64,000 bases of DNA from Paraphysomonas bandaiensis (Eukaryota; Protista; Chrysophyceae), in contig CBFFRP010000378.1 in NCBI GenBank assembly GCA_965644295.1, positions 310,001-374,000 of the forward strand. The letters run 5' to 3'. The stretch's first letter is position 1, and the number at the start of each line of letters is the position of its first letter. The notes beneath the pieces are model-generated. The model made no database searches. It saw only the letters and a program-made list of their open reading frames with translations, and was not told the origin of the DNA. Both the position numbers and the translations under genes were made by a program. This document shows, one piece after another, positions 62,081-64,000 of the stretch.

Positions 62081-64000
62081 CTATGACTGTTGCGGTTTGT
62101 AACTTTCACTCAACGACATGCCTCTTACTCTTTGGTTTGGTATACGAGCCTTGGCGCGCTGGATTAAATGTCGCAGTAAAGCACTGCGTTCCTCTCCGGA
62201 TGAAGTCCTACCGGAGAGGAGCTGGCCGTATGCATCCTCTGGACGCACCCTGAAATAAAAGTAATGACAATACAAACACTTCAGCACCAAAAATAATATT
62301 TCAACAGCAGAGTCTACTTTCCATGATACACAACGAGACACATCAAAGCGACATACTTGGATATAGTTGTGCTACCCAGGAGTTCCGGACAGGCCCTGTC
62401 TCCCTCACCGATCTCCTTGCAGGCAATCATAAGATCATATGCAATACTGGAGCTCACCACAGAGTCGTGCTTATAATCCGGGTGTTCAGTCACAAATTTA
62501 CGGATCCAGGATGCCGTTGTCATGAGCCGACCTGTGGCACGACTACAGCACAGTACAAATTACTCAAAAATTACTGAGGTAAGTCTTTCCGCTTACTCTG
62601 AGACAAACTTAAGATATTGGTCCACCTTAACAAACGTCTCTTGGTCACAATTGACGTAGTCTAGGTACGCATAGACCAGAGGTAGCAAGCCTGGGAAGTA
62701 ACAGCATTTGCCATTGAATATTTCATCTAAACTCATCTCCTCAAACGAGTTCTGTGCGTCCCACTTATTAGTGTTGGCGAATGTAGAGATCTATGACAAG
62801 AAACATTTGAGACACAGAAGTCATACCGCAGTAAAATAGAAGTAACTCGTCATATCAGTGTAATGCATAGCAATCATACATCTCATCAGTGGTGAACATA
62901 TACGTGGACGGCTTACATGATCCGTCAGATCCTGCTCCGTGAGCCCAGCGGTCGCGCAAGAAGGGTCTGTCATAGATCCACAAGTGTTATAAACCGCGGC
63001 AACTTTGGGGTCATTAAGATCTGGAGGTGATACAAACCGACGGAAAAAAAATTTCTGAGTATTGCAAGAATTTATCATATGCGCCCTCCTCATGTTTTCG
63101 TCCACCTGCAATAAATTCGTCAAACTCAATGCTGTACTCAAATAAAGACATCGGTGCACAATCTACTCTTCTATATAAGTATACCTTAGACAGAGGGATG
63201 TAGAGTGCAAGATCAAAGGCAAGGATAACACGGGTAATGAGCACAACGAAGACTGTAAAGGCTGCATTCTCAAAGTCTGTGAGGGAAAGCTCCATTGATC
63301 GGAACTCCGTACGCCACCCAATATGAGGATCGTCAGGTTTAACTCTAGGGGGGGGAGGCTTCCAACGTACAGTCTGCCAGTTGGTGGACTGAATATTTTC
63401 AAAGTGGTCCGTATGAGTAGAATCATCCAATTCAACTCCATCCTCGAAGATTACAAGAGGATCGCGAACGAACAGATGAGCGATATGGTGAGCAAGGTTC
63501 ATATCTACCCCCGCATCCAGGAGGGTCTGCCTAGTAGGTTCATCGATCTCACAAGGAATATCATTATACATCTCAAACGAGCGCTCACAGTTCTTATCAC
63601 CACTACAATGGTAAATGTAAGTGCTAATAGAATCATAACGACTCTTGTGTAGGCGTTGTACCCCTCTTCCAGTGAGATCAATAGATTCGTCTGACACGGC
63701 ACGCATCTCAGAGTCATCCACTAATCCCCTTTCAGCGTCGGAGCGATCATCAACAGACTGTGAAATAACTGTCCACCTCGCATCAATGTCTGCAAGGCGC
63801 CCTTTGAATATGGGTGTGGCAGCTGTGAGTGAGAGCATGATAGGAGCCAGGACAGCCAGTTGGTCGTACATGTATCTGCTCTCATCCACATCTCTGGCCT
63901 GGAAAGTCACTTGAAGACAACACATTCCCATTCCAAAGGCCATACAGTCCATGTCAATGTATGGTCGGTCGTCGGGAATCTCTCTTGGAAACCCATGCTG
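62081..64000 (-). CDS. GCLC: Glutamate--cysteine ligase catalytic subunit; 5' end lies beyond the window
   Basis: MDCMAFGMGMCCLQVTFQA, DARWTVISQSVDDR, KSRYDSI, HFENIQSTNWQTVRWKPPP, IGWRTEFRSME, WIRKFVTEHPDYKHDS. Confidence 0.97.

Overview
Intron-rich eukaryotic genomic DNA with short GT-AG introns and AT-rich promoters. It is most consistent with a phagotrophic stramenopile such as a chrysophyte (inference from the EF-hand isocitrate dehydrogenase, the NPM-type aquaporin and the GH25 lysozyme). About 19 protein-coding genes are visible, mostly in head-to-head pairs: Yip1-like, TIGR04283-like GT2, aquaporin, V-ATPase H, GH25 lysozyme, LtrA-like, GH16, Tgs-like methyltransferase, IDH, NACHT-WD40, RPAP2, CCCH protein, GlyRS, ankyrin proteins, SPFH and GCLC. 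Mobile DNA comprises an intact, very young Ty1/copia element, hAT and Harbinger-like MITEs and relics, and a multi-copy ~0.4-0.55 kb non-coding retroposon family. Two items stand out and neither is explained by the ORF track. (1) The retroposon family has at least 6 copies in 64 kb, 10-18 bp target-site duplications, and a 5' end that folds like an HDV-like ribozyme resembling the trypanosomatid L1Tc/ingi Pr77 hallmark. (2) An unannotated 86-aa two-exon candidate selenoprotein has an in-frame TGA in an unusual GxxU motif and a SECIS-like hairpin with an atypical extended upper stem. Exon boundaries and folds were derived by eye and need computational confirmation.
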